A stretch of 64,000 bases of DNA, from positions 20,698 through 84,697 of IMG/VR virus record IMGVR_UViG_3300025913_000026. One strand, given 5' to 3'. This document shows, piece by piece, positions 10,156 through 21,271 of the stretch. Both the position numbers and the translations under genes were made by a program. The notes beneath the pieces are model-generated. The model worked only from the letters and a program-made list of their open reading frames with translations, did no database searches and was not told the DNA's origin. This stretch comes from a virus. The stretch's first letter is position 1; every line of letters starts with the position of its first letter.

Positions 10156-10811
10156 TATGAATATGGTAAAGTTTTAGTAGTAAATGGTTTTAATTCCTCC
10201 CCTTTCGTCAGTTCATATTGTGAATAATCAGGAGTTTTATTGCCAAATAGTTTACTTCCATAAGTCGCTCCCATTGTAGCTCCTGTCAATCCTCCATACA
10301 CATTCTGTAATCCTGCATTCATTAGTTGAGTATATCCGGCTGCTTTTTGGCCTAATAAATCTGCCTTCCGTTGATACGGGAGCATTTTATTTATATTGAA
10401 TGCCTGCCTTTCCTCTCCCGCCATTGCCTGGGAAGCTGATCCCAATTGAGCAAAGTTTTGAGATTGCTGTTGTTCAGCCGCCGCCGCCGCCTTTAAATAA
10501 GCGTCATTTTGTCCCTGTACTAATGCGGGAATACCAGCTAATGCACTTCTTCGATCTTGCAGCCCAGCTATTCCCTGCGCAGTCCCCCTTGCTATATTTT
10601 GCGCCTGCATTTTATACAAGTTACTTTGATATGGAGACTGCTGGTATCTACCCAACGCCTGATTATAATAATCAGTAATTGATCTTGACTTTTCATATTG
10701 CGGAGTCTGCAAGCCTTCTAATTCCCTTCTCGCTTTCCTTGCTTTGCTGCCGCCAATAATTGACTGTATCCCTCCTATTGCTGCGGTTGCGCCGCCAATG
10801 ATTACAGGCAT
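10155..10811 (-). CDS. Putative DNA pilot/ejection protein
   Basis: Gly/Ala/Gln-rich, hydrophobic N-terminus IIGGATAAIGGIQSIIGG. Confidence 0.65.
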   Translation of the reverse strand: MPVIIGGATAAIGGIQSIIGGSKARKARRELEGLQTPQYEKSRSITDYYNQALGRYQQSPYQSNLYKMQAQNIARGTAQGIAGLQDRRSALAGIPALVQGQNDAYLKAAAAAEQQQSQNFAQLGSASQAMAGEERQAFNINKMLPYQRKADLLGQKAAGYTQLMNAGLQNVYGGLTGATMGATYGSKLFGNKTPDYSQYELTKGEELKPFTTKTLPYS

Positions 10812-10813
10812 GA

Positions 10814-11272
10814 CTAAAATATTAAATGAGTTATTAAATGATCCTGTGCTATAATCTTCATTCCATTCTTAACTAACCAGCTTATGCCTCTGCCATTTGC
10901 GCTCCATAGAAAAGCTTGGAAGCCACCTTTTAAATCCATTCTTATTTTGCTCCAAAATTCCTTTAAATATTTTCTAGTTCTGTACTTAACATTCAACGCG
11001 AAACTGATAAGAGTTTTACCTTCATATACATAGTACCCGATCAATTCTCCTTTTTCATACAACCCCTTCAATGTTGCATCCCCTTTACCTCTTTCGATTC
11101 TTAAAGATATATCATTTACAATATCATCCACCGTTTCTACTTTTACGTGAGGACAATACATGGGATATATCTTAGCGTCAGAATCGAATCCGACCCTTAT
11201 TGCCTCTTTAAATTGTTCTCTATTTATAGGTTTTACTATCATATTATCTATTTGTAAAGGGTGAATCCACAA
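10814..11272 (-). CDS. Acetyltransferase-like (GNAT-fold) tail-associated protein
   Basis: GELIGYY..LISFALNVKYR..N.RGISWLVKNGM pattern; typical position after tail gene. Confidence 0.45.
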   Translation of the reverse strand: MWIHPLQIDNMIVKPINREQFKEAIRVGFDSDAKIYPMYCPHVKVETVDDIVNDISLRIERGKGDATLKGLYEKGELIGYYVYEGKTLISFALNVKYRTRKYLKEFWSKIRMDLKGGFQAFLWSANGRGISWLVKNGMKIIAQDHLITHLIF

Positions 11273-14200
11273 AGTAAAGATTTATCGCGGAAAGCGTAGC
11301 CAAGTCATTAGGGCTTGAAGCTAAAAATTTAATCCCTATTAAATTCCCTTTTAAAACATCGCCATTCCCTATGCCGCCTATTGAATTAATATCATTTAAA
11401 AAACTGGCCGAAAATGTTGATTCAATATCTGCAAAATCACTTAAAATTAAATTGCTTTCTTGTGGAGTATTCCCATAAGACATATAGTTGGTGTATATGT
11501 AGGGGCAAATCCAAATTTGGTTGGCTATCTCTGTCAGACTCAGCCAGCTCTTTTTTTCAATAAGCCCCGCATTAAACACTCTGGTTATAGTAGAATCATA
11601 TGATACTCCATAGAATTTATTTCTTCCACCAGTACCAGTCTGATCGTGAATATACATACGCCCACCTACAAAACTATATAAAGTATTTTCCGCACAAACT
11701 ATACAATCAGGAGCAAAGGAATATAAACTTGTGAAGTAATTCCTAGTTTCATCAAAAGCCATCGTCTGCCCATTTTCTACCAAATCTCCTAATGTCCCAG
11801 GCTGCAACACGCATAAATACTCTCCTACATTATCCTTTCTTATGTTAAAAGTACCGGTAATCCTTGTTCTGCCACCATATATATAATTATAATCAGTAAG
11901 GTATTTTGATATATTGGCCGAGCTCCATGTTTGTGTTTTATAGGTTTCAGATAAATCAGTAATTCCGTCACGGCTTAACCTTAGTTGCTTTCCTTTTATT
12001 GGATCAACGAAATAGTATACAAATCCACTTTGAACTACTGAATCTGGCTGATTGCTTACCCCAAAATCACCTGCATAATATTGCACATTATTAGCAGTGA
12101 TTATATCGGTTGTGGTAATCAATTGCTGATTCCCAGCAGTATCAGTAATGAATTTCTTATATACACCGGTTTGGCCACATTTCCTTTCTTGAAAAAATGT
12201 AAGTACTTTATCCCAGAACATCATCCTTTTTATTGCTCCATATTCTCTAACTAATTCATCGAAGTTCTGCGAATAGAATCTATTAGTTTGGTTTATATTA
12301 GTATTTCTCTGATATGCCAAGCTCCATCTATGCATTACGGGGTATGTAACTCTATTAGCGTTTTCATCGTACACAAATGCCCTTCCGTTTGAGTTAACTG
12401 AACTTGCATAGAAATCTGAGAAGTTTGGATCAATACAATATTGATTTATTACCTTATCTGTTGTCAGAGTTATGCTACCAGCAAGGAATGTGCATTGCCT
12501 ATCGCTATTATTGTTAACGCATTCAAAAAGCAAAAATATATGGTCATTAGCCAAATTAACTGTTCTAGTTATACTACCGTCAGAGTTATAAAATAACGTT
12601 AGCGGGAATGTATATGTCCCAGCATTACTAGCATCAAATGCAGGCACAATCATAGATGAGTCACCGAATCTATTTTGAACCCTTAATCTCCATGAATCTC
12701 CACTTCTTGCGGTTGGGAATGTCACAGAAAATGAACCTCCTAATGTAAATGTTGTTAATAGGTTTGCTGATTGAAACCATCTAGTATCTGTATGTGGATC
12801 AAAGGAATTACCAACTCCAACATACGGGACGCTATGGGGTATTATATTAGGATCATTATATGTAGACCCTTGAAAGTTTAATGGGACTAAAAACCTAAAT
12901 CCATTAGCCACGGTGTCTGGTATATTCCACGTATAGATATTACCGGTTTGTATAGCCCTTAATTTTATATAGTCATCCCCTTTAAAGAAATTAAATGTTG
13001 CTGGCTGTACTAAATATTCCTGGTTTTGTGTTTTACCTTGATGGAATCTATTTGAAAGAGTTGGGTTGCCTATTAAATATCGTTCCCCAAATTCATAATA
13101 AAGATTTAGATTATTGGCAACTGGTTGTGCTGGCGTATATATTTCAATAAAATAATTATTAAACCCAGCACCAAAATCAAATGTTCCATCGGTAGATGGC
13201 AATATTATTTTTATAAATTGCCCGTCTTTTGTTTCTCCGTTTACAACCGGCCCTATTATGGATGCTATTATTTCAAAGTCTTTTGTATTGCCGTATAAAT
13301 TAGCTGTAGTCCCATCATCATTATATCTTTTAAAGAATCGTATACGATCCCCTGGAGTAAAGCTATAACCCAATGGGCTGCCCGGATTATTTGTAACAAA
13401 TGCCCTTAATGATTCTATACTCAGGTAAGCATACTTAGTAACTCCTGAAACCGCTACCAAATCTTTATATGTTCTATCGGATACCCATTGAATAAAATTA
13501 GACTTACTTAAGTTTTTAGTTCTTACCCATTGATAATAATATGCCCAATCTGGTGGTAAATTATAAATAGAGGCATTGAATACAGTAGTGTCAGCAGATG
13601 CCAAACTCTCTGCGTAAGGTTCAGATTGAACTGAAAAACCATTCGTATAAACGGCACCATTTGTTCTTCCCTTCTGGTCAAAATATACTAACCCAAAACC
13701 ATAATTACTCAACCAGTCATATGCATTAAATGATTGAAGTGCCAATGCATTATAACTAAAATTACCTGATGATGAAATATAGCTATTGGCTAATCCAGTT
13801 CCTAATTTAAAAATATACAAATCATTTGACCCAGATGAAATTATTGTAAACCCAGCAGCCAATGCAGCCACCCTAAGCCCCTCCATAATTGCAGCAGAAT
13901 CATCTCCTACCTGTACTGCGTAATTAATATTACTTCCATCTACAAAATTCACATAATAAGTATCCATTGCAACAGTAGACACAATAATACCTCTTACTAC
14001 AATATGGATATTACCTGTACTTAACCCGCTATCTCCAGCCTGATTAGTTACAAATGAGGCGGCATAATTACCATAATAATATGGAACGTATCCTACAGAT
14101 ATATTGCTTGTATTCGTACCATCGCTAAAATCAGTCAAATTAGCATACCCTTCGGTAATATTCCCATAATCCAATACATTCCCATTTGGCAATACTTGGG

Positions 14201-15158
14201 CACCGGCAACTTGTGGGACATAATCAAATATCTGCGTGCTTTCTTCTACATCAATGTATGTATATGCTTTATCGTTATAAAATAAAAATGTGGCTACATC
14301 ATTGTCAGGGATGCCAACAACTGATTTGTCTAACGATGCTACCAAATAGAAATCACTCATGGTTACACCTAATGAGTTAGCAGCTAATATCTCAATTTTT
14401 TTAACGTTTGACGGCCCAGTTTGATACGTAATAGCTATCCTGCAATTTTTAGTTGGGTCTGAATCAATAGCCTGATTAAATGCGCTATAAGGCAGAGGCA
14501 TTTCACTTTGGCTACTAGTTACTGATTTATCTTTGTCATCAAATACCCAACGTATTTTAAATCTAAAAAGTTTCTTTCTACAGTTATTCACCGTATTTGA
14601 AGGATCATTTTCATAGGCAACAGCTGGAGGTATATCTGCTGGTTGTTTTGCAACATCTAAATATTGTGGCTGAATAGTTCCATACCCACCAGCCAATGCT
14701 CTTTGTACATTTACTTTTTTAGGAACTCCATAGCTATCTAAGTAGCAAAGTAAGTCCCCTTGTTCAGCATCTCCATAAATCATGTTTACATGAATGATTG
14801 GAGAATTATCAAGAAATCCTAGAGTTCCGCTAACTGCATTAAAATTTTCATCAACTATTCTATAAAATTGCGCACCAAGCGTATCATACATATAGATAGC
14901 TTTCTTCGCGTCTCCACGATAATTGAAAAAGAATATTCTTTTATTTACAGAATCATAGAATCTTCCTATTGTTAAATTATTCCCTCCTGGAAGATATGGG
15001 TTTGTTTTTTCTCTTGTTCCAGGGACATTCTCAATACGCATATTGGGTGCAGTCCCTCTTGGGATGCAATTTAACGCGTCCCTATGATGCGAAGGATTGA
15101 TAACCTCATCTGGGTCATCATAATTTAAAAATCCACTAAAAGGGAATGCCTGAACCAT
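11244..15158 (-). CDS. Tail stabilisation/muzzle (nozzle) protein
   Basis: 1304 aa; GFLNYDD..RDALN N-terminus, YYAGDFGVSNQPDS..YFVD..RLSRDGITDLS beta-propeller C-terminus. Confidence 0.75.
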   Translation of the reverse strand: MVQAFPFSGFLNYDDPDEVINPSHHRDALNCIPRGTAPNMRIENVPGTREKTNPYLPGGNNLTIGRFYDSVNKRIFFFNYRGDAKKAIYMYDTLGAQFYRIVDENFNAVSGTLGFLDNSPIIHVNMIYGDAEQGDLLCYLDSYGVPKKVNVQRALAGGYGTIQPQYLDVAKQPADIPPAVAYENDPSNTVNNCRKKLFRFKIRWVFDDKDKSVTSSQSEMPLPYSAFNQAIDSDPTKNCRIAITYQTGPSNVKKIEILAANSLGVTMSDFYLVASLDKSVVGIPDNDVATFLFYNDKAYTYIDVEESTQIFDYVPQVAGAQVLPNGNVLDYGNITEGYANLTDFSDGTNTSNISVGYVPYYYGNYAASFVTNQAGDSGLSTGNIHIVVRGIIVSTVAMDTYYVNFVDGSNINYAVQVGDDSAAIMEGLRVAALAAGFTIISSGSNDLYIFKLGTGLANSYISSSGNFSYNALALQSFNAYDWLSNYGFGLVYFDQKGRTNGAVYTNGFSVQSEPYAESLASADTTVFNASIYNLPPDWAYYYQWVRTKNLSKSNFIQWVSDRTYKDLVAVSGVTKYAYLSIESLRAFVTNNPGSPLGYSFTPGDRIRFFKRYNDDGTTANLYGNTKDFEIIASIIGPVVNGETKDGQFIKIILPSTDGTFDFGAGFNNYFIEIYTPAQPVANNLNLYYEFGERYLIGNPTLSNRFHQGKTQNQEYLVQPATFNFFKGDDYIKLRAIQTGNIYTWNIPDTVANGFRFLVPLNFQGSTYNDPNIIPHSVPYVGVGNSFDPHTDTRWFQSANLLTTFTLGGSFSVTFPTARSGDSWRLRVQNRFGDSSMIVPAFDASNAGTYTFPLTLFYNSDGSITRTVNLANDHIFLLFECVNNNSDRQCTFLAGSITLTTDKVINQYCIDPNFSDFYASSVNSNGRAFVYDENANRVTYPVMHRWSLAYQRNTNINQTNRFYSQNFDELVREYGAIKRMMFWDKVLTFFQERKCGQTGVYKKFITDTAGNQQLITTTDIITANNVQYYAGDFGVSNQPDSVVQSGFVYYFVDPIKGKQLRLSRDGITDLSETYKTQTWSSANISKYLTDYNYIYGGRTRITGTFNIRKDNVGEYLCVLQPGTLGDLVENGQTMAFDETRNYFTSLYSFAPDCIVCAENTLYSFVGGRMYIHDQTGTGGRNKFYGVSYDSTITRVFNAGLIEKKSWLSLTEIANQIWICPYIYTNYMSYGNTPQESNLILSDFADIESTFSASFLNDINSIGGIGNGDVLKGNLIGIKFLASSPNDLATLSAINLYFVDSPFTNR

Positions 15159-15159
15159 A

Positions 15160-15927
15160 TTATGATTTCACAGTTAGGCGCATTGAGTTGAGCCACCATT
15201 GATATGCCTCTTCCAAGTGAAGTGGCCTATATCTTGCCCAGCCAAGTCTGCGCTGATTATAAAATTCGTGCCTTCTATCTCTTTTATCTCCTAAATTACC
15301 GCGTCTTGAAGATGGTATTGATCGAATATCCAACCATGCCAATCCCGCAATCATTGCCTCTTTAAACTGAACTGGGATATAGTATTGTTGCCCTTGTTCT
15401 GGTTGAGACAAATACTCTAACATTATATAGTCATAAGTAAATGTCTCATTCAGCAATATGATACCGGCTGCATTGTCTATCTTGAAACTACCAACGAATG
15501 GCGCACCACTTGGGAATCCATATAGAGTTGAAAAACTATTCCCCGTCCAGAAGTTATACCAGATAGGAGTATTGAATAAAAAGAAATTAAACAGAGTGTT
15601 ATCCTGCGTTTTCTGTAACCTATCAGCCGACAAATCTGCGTAGGTAGTAAGCTTATCATTATACCTTAAGGTTATAATTTCTCCAATATCATTTAATACA
15701 CCTACTTTGGAGTAGTTGAGATAATCAGATGGTAAGTCAACCGTGAAGTTTGGATTAACCGGCAGCTTTACAGACTTAATTTGATAGAAAAAATCCAAAC
15801 CAAGCTCGGTCATCACTCTAAAAGATAATTGCCATATCTTAAAGAATTTATGAATTGACTGCTCAGACTCATCCAAGTAGGCATTTATGCAATCATCCAC
15901 GGGGATCCAGGCTTGATGTTGACTCAT
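15160..15927 (-). CDS. Tail ring/adaptor protein
   Basis: LPSDYLNYSKVG..IMLEYLS..IP...EAMIA pattern; synteny. Confidence 0.65.
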   Translation of the reverse strand: MSQHQAWIPVDDCINAYLDESEQSIHKFFKIWQLSFRVMTELGLDFFYQIKSVKLPVNPNFTVDLPSDYLNYSKVGVLNDIGEIITLRYNDKLTTYADLSADRLQKTQDNTLFNFFLFNTPIWYNFWTGNSFSTLYGFPSGAPFVGSFKIDNAAGIILLNETFTYDYIMLEYLSQPEQGQQYYIPVQFKEAMIAGLAWLDIRSIPSSRRGNLGDKRDRRHEFYNQRRLGWARYRPLHLEEAYQWWLNSMRLTVKS

Positions 15928-15928
15928 G

Positions 15929-16198
15929 TTAATTTAATTTGGCTATTAACCAAGATTGTTCAATCAAAAAATGCAACTCCCCATTAAATTCAATTGGATC
16001 ACCTAAATCCTTTACCCTAAAAACAGTATCCCCTTTCTTGAATTGCATTGGCGTCTGCTTTGTGCCGTTACCAACCTCAATCACTTCCAATTTATTACTT
16101 ATTGCTCTATGTGCTTCAGAAACAATGATGCCGCCTGCACTCCTCTCATCGGGAGGGAATGGCTTAACGAGTACTTTATTTTTTATTGGTCTTATCAT
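15929..16198 (-). CDS. groES: Co-chaperonin GroES-like protein
   Basis: IRPIKNKVLVKP..SAGGIIV..VGNG..GDTV..LIEQSWLIA. Confidence 0.85.
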   Translation of the reverse strand: MIRPIKNKVLVKPFPPDERSAGGIIVSEAHRAISNKLEVIEVGNGTKQTPMQFKKGDTVFRVKDLGDPIEFNGELHFLIEQSWLIAKLN

Positions 16199-16836
16199 AA
16201 TTGTTTTAAGTTATTATCTGTACCATCCGAAACCGTGTCCTGTGGAATTGATCTTTCTTTTAATAATTGATTATTAACATGCTCACGAATAACAGGAAGA
16301 TAGTCCGGTGGCACATTTAATTCTGAATTAAGATTGCTCACATCTCCACCGCTAATCATTTTCACCGTAGCGGTATAGTTGCTTAATATTATGGTTGATT
16401 TAGTTCTTACTACCTTCCCTTCTGGCAAAAACAGTAGCTTATTTGAAATAACAGGCATACTGTCAAAATAACCCCATTGATTCATGGATAAAGGAATCCC
16501 TGGTAGTGATGTTTGGTTATTCGCCTTAAACCTAACTTCTGCCACCCCCATATTAGCACTAATACCAACCGGTATTTCTGGGAGTGTAAATACCCAACAC
16601 AAATTATCTGTTGAATCTTGCGTTATTGTTAACCCTGAAAATGTTGTATAAAATCCATTATTCACATACCCCACTCCATCCATCTGAATAGCTCCTTTGT
16701 AAGCCGCTTGTGCTGCTAGGCCGATACCTTCTGCTATGTATAGGTTAACAAGATTATATGTTATTTCAGCATCATCTGATGGTTTGCCGCCATATATCTG
16801 CATTAATATCGACTCTGCAAATGCTCCTCTTGTCAT
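16195..16836 (-). CDS. Tail ring/structural protein
   Basis: 213 aa; synteny in head-tail block. Confidence 0.6.
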   Translation of the reverse strand: MTRGAFAESILMQIYGGKPSDDAEITYNLVNLYIAEGIGLAAQAAYKGAIQMDGVGYVNNGFYTTFSGLTITQDSTDNLCWVFTLPEIPVGISANMGVAEVRFKANNQTSLPGIPLSMNQWGYFDSMPVISNKLLFLPEGKVVRTKSTIILSNYTATVKMISGGDVSNLNSELNVPPDYLPVIREHVNNQLLKERSIPQDTVSDGTDNNLKQL

Positions 16837-16837
16837 G

Positions 16838-17509
16838 TTATTGTCCTTGTGTTTTTATGACCTGAGAATATTGTTCCACTACATTGAGTTGCAAATTAAC
16901 GCCAACTATCGCCAATGCACGCACGATAATTTCTAACATGTCCAAGTCCAGCCATTGGGGCTGTACGCTTGCCCCTGGATTGTAAACAGGCCTTCCTTGT
17001 GGGTCTAATGTAAACGCCCACACCAATTCATCTGGCTGTTTTATATATGATAAGTAAGCAGTCCCTAGATTAATTGGATAGAATTGAAACCCGTCTTTAT
17101 AAATTAGATAAAATGGATTTGTTGCAACTGGATCAATGTAACTATTCAAATGGCTGAACAACCTATCCTGCTGAATAAACTTAACTCGCTGCTTGTATAT
17201 TCCATAGGTCATTGCATCTGAATTAAGATACCCAGTAGGATATGGCGCAATCCCGCTACCATTAATAGTCAACGTTACTGGCGCAGGTATAAAAGGACTA
17301 AGCCGCTGACGAATGTCTTCATTTTGACTAAATTCGACAGCGGCAAATGGTCTTCCAGGTGTGTATTTTTGGAATTCCCCCAATAGATAACCCGTATAAC
17401 TCCATTGGGCCTGATTTATCACTAAGTTAAAGGAGGCAGGATTGAGATTACCATTCTGGTTTTTCCGAATGGCATACAACATGATATTATAAACGTCATT
17501 TATATCCAC
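16838..17509 (-). CDS. Tail ring/adaptor protein
   Basis: NKNQNG-like start (IRKNQNGNLNPASFN..NQAQ), YIKQP; GTG start with SD-like AAGGAGG. Confidence 0.65.
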   Translation of the reverse strand: MDINDVYNIMLYAIRKNQNGNLNPASFNLVINQAQWSYTGYLLGEFQKYTPGRPFAAVEFSQNEDIRQRLSPFIPAPVTLTINGSGIAPYPTGYLNSDAMTYGIYKQRVKFIQQDRLFSHLNSYIDPVATNPFYLIYKDGFQFYPINLGTAYLSYIKQPDELVWAFTLDPQGRPVYNPGASVQPQWLDLDMLEIIVRALAIVGVNLQLNVVEQYSQVIKTQGQ

Positions 17510-17531
17510 CTAAATCCTCCTTTTAAATAAT

Positions 17532-18443
17532 TTATGTTACTATTCTTTCAAGTTCTTGTTTAAATTCTTTTCCTTCTTTTGAATTAGTTAAAGCTAGTTG
17601 AGTTAAGTACTGAATGGCGTTTTCATTCTTTGGCATGTTACAAACTACACCACCATTTTTACCATAGTAGATTCTTCCATCTCCTCTTGAAATATCCAGC
17701 TTCCCATCAATAATAGCTTGTCTAATCTTATAATGTATATCTACTTCTTTTGCATCGAAGCTCTTTTCAAATTCATCTGGGTTTCGTTTTGCATAAAGCA
17801 AGTATTCTCCCCGTAATGCTTCTTCTGATTTAGGCGCACCTGTTATGTCATGCGTTAATTTAATCCCTAAATAGAAGGCATGTTTCTTCATCTTATCTTC
17901 TGGCTGTTTCTGTGCTTTCATCAACATTTCAATCTCCTTCATCTCAATTGCCAGTTTTTCTTTTGCTACTGCTTCTGGATCGTATTTAAAAAACTCGGTT
18001 TTGCTTATTTTAGTTCTGTTTGGGTTAAGCCGATTATGACAGCATAATTCCATGAACTCTAATTTAGCTTTATCCCATGCTGGCACGTACATAAATCTTG
18101 AACCTTTAGGCCATTCTAAGAATCTAATTTTACGAGATGCCTGACTATCTGGGATATCCTTCTGATCTTTTACCCAAATGGATGGAACTCCTTCCAGCAA
18201 TCTCATCATTTGTGGCCCCTTTTCTGGTTCTTCTGGATTAATCGCAAAATCAATTGGCTGAATATAAACACCGCTTGTGTTTTTCTTTACCAATTTAAAT
18301 ACTACCATCCCCTGCAAATCTTTATTAGCTTCATTTGTAGTAGAAACCCCTTTTGCGCTTGGAATATAATCTGTATCTGCTACTTTAATTACTTCATCTT
18401 GTTCACCTCTCATGGCGAACTCAATATCTTTAATACTTGACAT
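17532..18443 (-). CDS. Head-associated protein downstream of the major capsid gene
   Basis: 303 aa; position typical of crAss-related capsid modules. Confidence 0.55.
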   Translation of the reverse strand: MSSIKDIEFAMRGEQDEVIKVADTDYIPSAKGVSTTNEANKDLQGMVVFKLVKKNTSGVYIQPIDFAINPEEPEKGPQMMRLLEGVPSIWVKDQKDIPDSQASRKIRFLEWPKGSRFMYVPAWDKAKLEFMELCCHNRLNPNRTKISKTEFFKYDPEAVAKEKLAIEMKEIEMLMKAQKQPEDKMKKHAFYLGIKLTHDITGAPKSEEALRGEYLLYAKRNPDEFEKSFDAKEVDIHYKIRQAIIDGKLDISRGDGRIYYGKNGGVVCNMPKNENAIQYLTQLALTNSKEGKEFKQELERIVT

Positions 18444-18509
18444 TTTTTATTATTTTGATGTGACGCATAATTTAAGGGAGAACACCCACGTACACATTGA
18501 TTATTAAAT

Positions 18510-18533
18510 AGAGCCTCCAATTAAGGAGGCTCT
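18510..18533 (-). terminator. Intrinsic terminator after major capsid gene
   Basis: AGAGCCTCC-AATTAA-GGAGGCTCT hairpin just downstream of the stop codon. Confidence 0.7.
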
Positions 18534-18543
18534 TTATTACATA

Positions 18544-19983
18544 TTAGGCACTTACTATATTAATGAACTGATTGGCTGCCACTACTCTCGTCCCACGGTA
18601 TGTTGCCATTTCAATATTATCCCGCAGTGTACCATCTGTAGGATTGGTAGAACCACCACCCCAGTTCCATACACGAATACCATTACCTATTGAACCACCT
18701 TTAGGGGGCTGTTGGCTCATTACGGTAATGTTTTTGTAAACGCGTGAAGGAGTTTTAGCGTCTGGTGTTTCGCCCATCGGACACAAGAAGCCATAGTTGC
18801 GGTAGTAATCCGTTGCGGGAGTTACACCAGTATATGCTTCTGTGTTGAAGTTGCGATATTTACCGATTTGGAAACGGTAGCCGTCAATATCAATTACCTT
18901 GAAACCATACGCTACGCTGGCTTCTTCTGACTTTTCACCATATCCCCAAACGAATGCACCGGCAGGGAACTGAGCGAAAATACCATCCGAGAAGTCTTGG
19001 CGTTGGAAGATATCACTCATCCACATGTTCTGTTTAACACATCCGTTTACATCCATTACACGGGTAAGGGTATGCAGGAACGCGATATCCAAGTTACCTG
19101 GTGTATAGGTTACAGTTTCACCATCTGCTGCAATCTTAGGCAGTAAGCCTTGAGAACCCACAGATGTATCTGTTGTCAGGCCGGTGTTATTTACTGAATC
19201 ACCAAACATCAACTTACGCTCTACGTTATTCACGAAACGTTGAGATGCTTTTGTAAGACCCAGATAAGTGAAATAAGAAACCCCAGCTTGTGCTGCGCCA
19301 CCAATTGGAGAACCAGAAACACCAGTATCAATATACACATCGGTCATTTCTCCTAAGTCGGTAGCTGACCAAGTATCGTGAATTTCAGTGATATTGTTAT
19401 TGTACTGTTGAGTCAAGTACACTTGCGGAATGCTTGTTCCAGATGCCTCACCAACGTCAACACGGCCACCAAAGATCAATACGTCTGTAGCCAGCAAAGT
19501 TGATGCTTGCCCAGCAGAAGCTAGAGATTGAGTGCTTTGTTTTGGTCTGATTGTAAATTGGAATGCGCTAGGAGTAGTATCCGTAATTGCAAGAATTTCA
19601 CCGCCTACGCCAGTTGATGCGATATAAATAGTTTCACCGGGTCGTAATGGGGTTTGTGTTCCTGAATTGTAATGATAACCGGCAGCTAAGGTTGCTGTAA
19701 CTGTAGCGCCAGCAGTAGCACCTGTTGCATTAGACGCTAACTGGATACCTATTTGCAATTTCCCACGGCTTTCAAACCAGAAGTAGTTACGGTTCAAAAC
19801 TTGCTCCATGCCACCATAGGTAGCTAACCACCATGTCCAGTTTTCAGGGCCATATTTTTCAACGAATGTTTTATAATACTGAGGCGTTAATAATTGAAGT
19901 TGTGATACTAACGCCCGATTGGCACCACCGGAAACTGATATGTTGCCGGGCTGCAATATATTACTGGTAGGAATTCCTGCCAT
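18544..19983 (-). CDS. Major capsid protein
   Basis: 479 aa after scaffold; ERKLMFGD..GSQGL motif; followed by terminator. Confidence 0.8.
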   Translation of the reverse strand: MAGIPTSNILQPGNISVSGGANRALVSQLQLLTPQYYKTFVEKYGPENWTWWLATYGGMEQVLNRNYFWFESRGKLQIGIQLASNATGATAGATVTATLAAGYHYNSGTQTPLRPGETIYIASTGVGGEILAITDTTPSAFQFTIRPKQSTQSLASAGQASTLLATDVLIFGGRVDVGEASGTSIPQVYLTQQYNNNITEIHDTWSATDLGEMTDVYIDTGVSGSPIGGAAQAGVSYFTYLGLTKASQRFVNNVERKLMFGDSVNNTGLTTDTSVGSQGLLPKIAADGETVTYTPGNLDIAFLHTLTRVMDVNGCVKQNMWMSDIFQRQDFSDGIFAQFPAGAFVWGYGEKSEEASVAYGFKVIDIDGYRFQIGKYRNFNTEAYTGVTPATDYYRNYGFLCPMGETPDAKTPSRVYKNITVMSQQPPKGGSIGNGIRVWNWGGGSTNPTDGTLRDNIEMATYRGTRVVAANQFINIVSA

Positions 19984-20010
19984 TGTTTTAAAATTTAATT
20001 AGTGAAAGAA

Positions 20011-21252
20011 TTACATTGACCAAATACGATCTGCCACTAATTGAGAGTCATTTTTAGGAGCTTCCTGGCTTGTTGGAATTGGCCCAAGTTCTGGATTAAC
20101 TCCCTTCAAGTTAATATTGTTTCTTACTTTTGTATCGTGCAACATTCTTTTACTCCCAGCATCATTGATTAGATTCTGAGTAATGTTATTTTTATATTCC
20201 AGCCAATAGACATCTTCGGCCATTTGTCTAGTATTAAATGATCCATCCTTATTAACCCATCGGCCCGTCAAATAATCCCATTTAGAGTAAAGACTTTCCA
20301 CGATATTTTTAACATTTACCTTTTCTTCGCTTGTAACATCAAAAGATAGTGGCAACTCGACTTCCTTGTCTTTGTAGCTCATCTTAATGTCGTTAAAAGT
20401 TTTAAGGCTGTTTTCTAATGACTCATAATAAGCCTGTTGCTTTTTTTCAGCCGCCGCCAATTCCTCTGGGGTAGGCTCATTAAATTGCTGAGGCTTTTGT
20501 ATATCTGGGAGAACGATTTGACTTCTTAATTTGGAGAGTTCAGGTTTAGTCATCTTGGCCTCAATAATCATATCCATCTGCCTTTCCCTTACCTGATCTT
20601 CCCATGCTTTTACTTCAGCGGCATAATCATCTGCATCTTGATCCAGCGTTTGTGCTGGGTTAGATGGCAATGAATATTGCTTATTGTATAAGCGGTCTAT
20701 CTCTTGTGTAGTAAGAGTATCTTTATATTTGAATTGAAGATTAGCCCGAAGAATTTCACCGGCCTGTGTGGCATCGGCTACATCATACTTCTCTAATTTT
20801 TCAAGTTGTTTCTTTTGATTTAGAAAATTGTAAACATCATCCTCTTTACCTTCTTTCAAATAATCGAAGAAACGTTTACTATCTTCATTAGCCCATTGAA
20901 TTTCTTGTGGGGTTGGGGCTTCTTGCGGCTTATTGAATTGCTCCCATTTGGTTTTAAATTCATCCATGCCTAAGCCGCCTGTTACACGCCGAATAAAATC
21001 ATCTTCATCTAGGATTTCATCTGCATTTGCCGCTGGGACTTGCGCCGCTGGTTGCTGTTCTGTACTAGCTACGGGAGTTTCGTTTACAGCAGGAGTAACT
21101 TCTACATTTTGATATGGAGTGGTTTGCGCCCCCCATAAAGTATCGGCCACGACTTGGCTTACTTCAGGAGTTGCTTGTACAGCCTGATCTTGGCCTTGTG
21201 TCTCTGTTTGTGCTGTTGTGGGTGGTTCTAAAGTCGCTACATTATCAGACAT
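20011..21252 (-). CDS. Putative scaffolding protein
   Basis: Acidic, P/T/Q-rich N-terminus, coiled coils, directly upstream of capsid gene. Confidence 0.6.
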   Translation of the reverse strand: MSDNVATLEPPTTAQTETQGQDQAVQATPEVSQVVADTLWGAQTTPYQNVEVTPAVNETPVASTEQQPAAQVPAANADEILDEDDFIRRVTGGLGMDEFKTKWEQFNKPQEAPTPQEIQWANEDSKRFFDYLKEGKEDDVYNFLNQKKQLEKLEKYDVADATQAGEILRANLQFKYKDTLTTQEIDRLYNKQYSLPSNPAQTLDQDADDYAAEVKAWEDQVRERQMDMIIEAKMTKPELSKLRSQIVLPDIQKPQQFNEPTPEELAAAEKKQQAYYESLENSLKTFNDIKMSYKDKEVELPLSFDVTSEEKVNVKNIVESLYSKWDYLTGRWVNKDGSFNTRQMAEDVYWLEYKNNITQNLINDAGSKRMLHDTKVRNNINLKGVNPELGPIPTSQEAPKNDSQLVADRIWSM

Positions 21253-21271
21253 AAATCTATGGGTTTTAATT

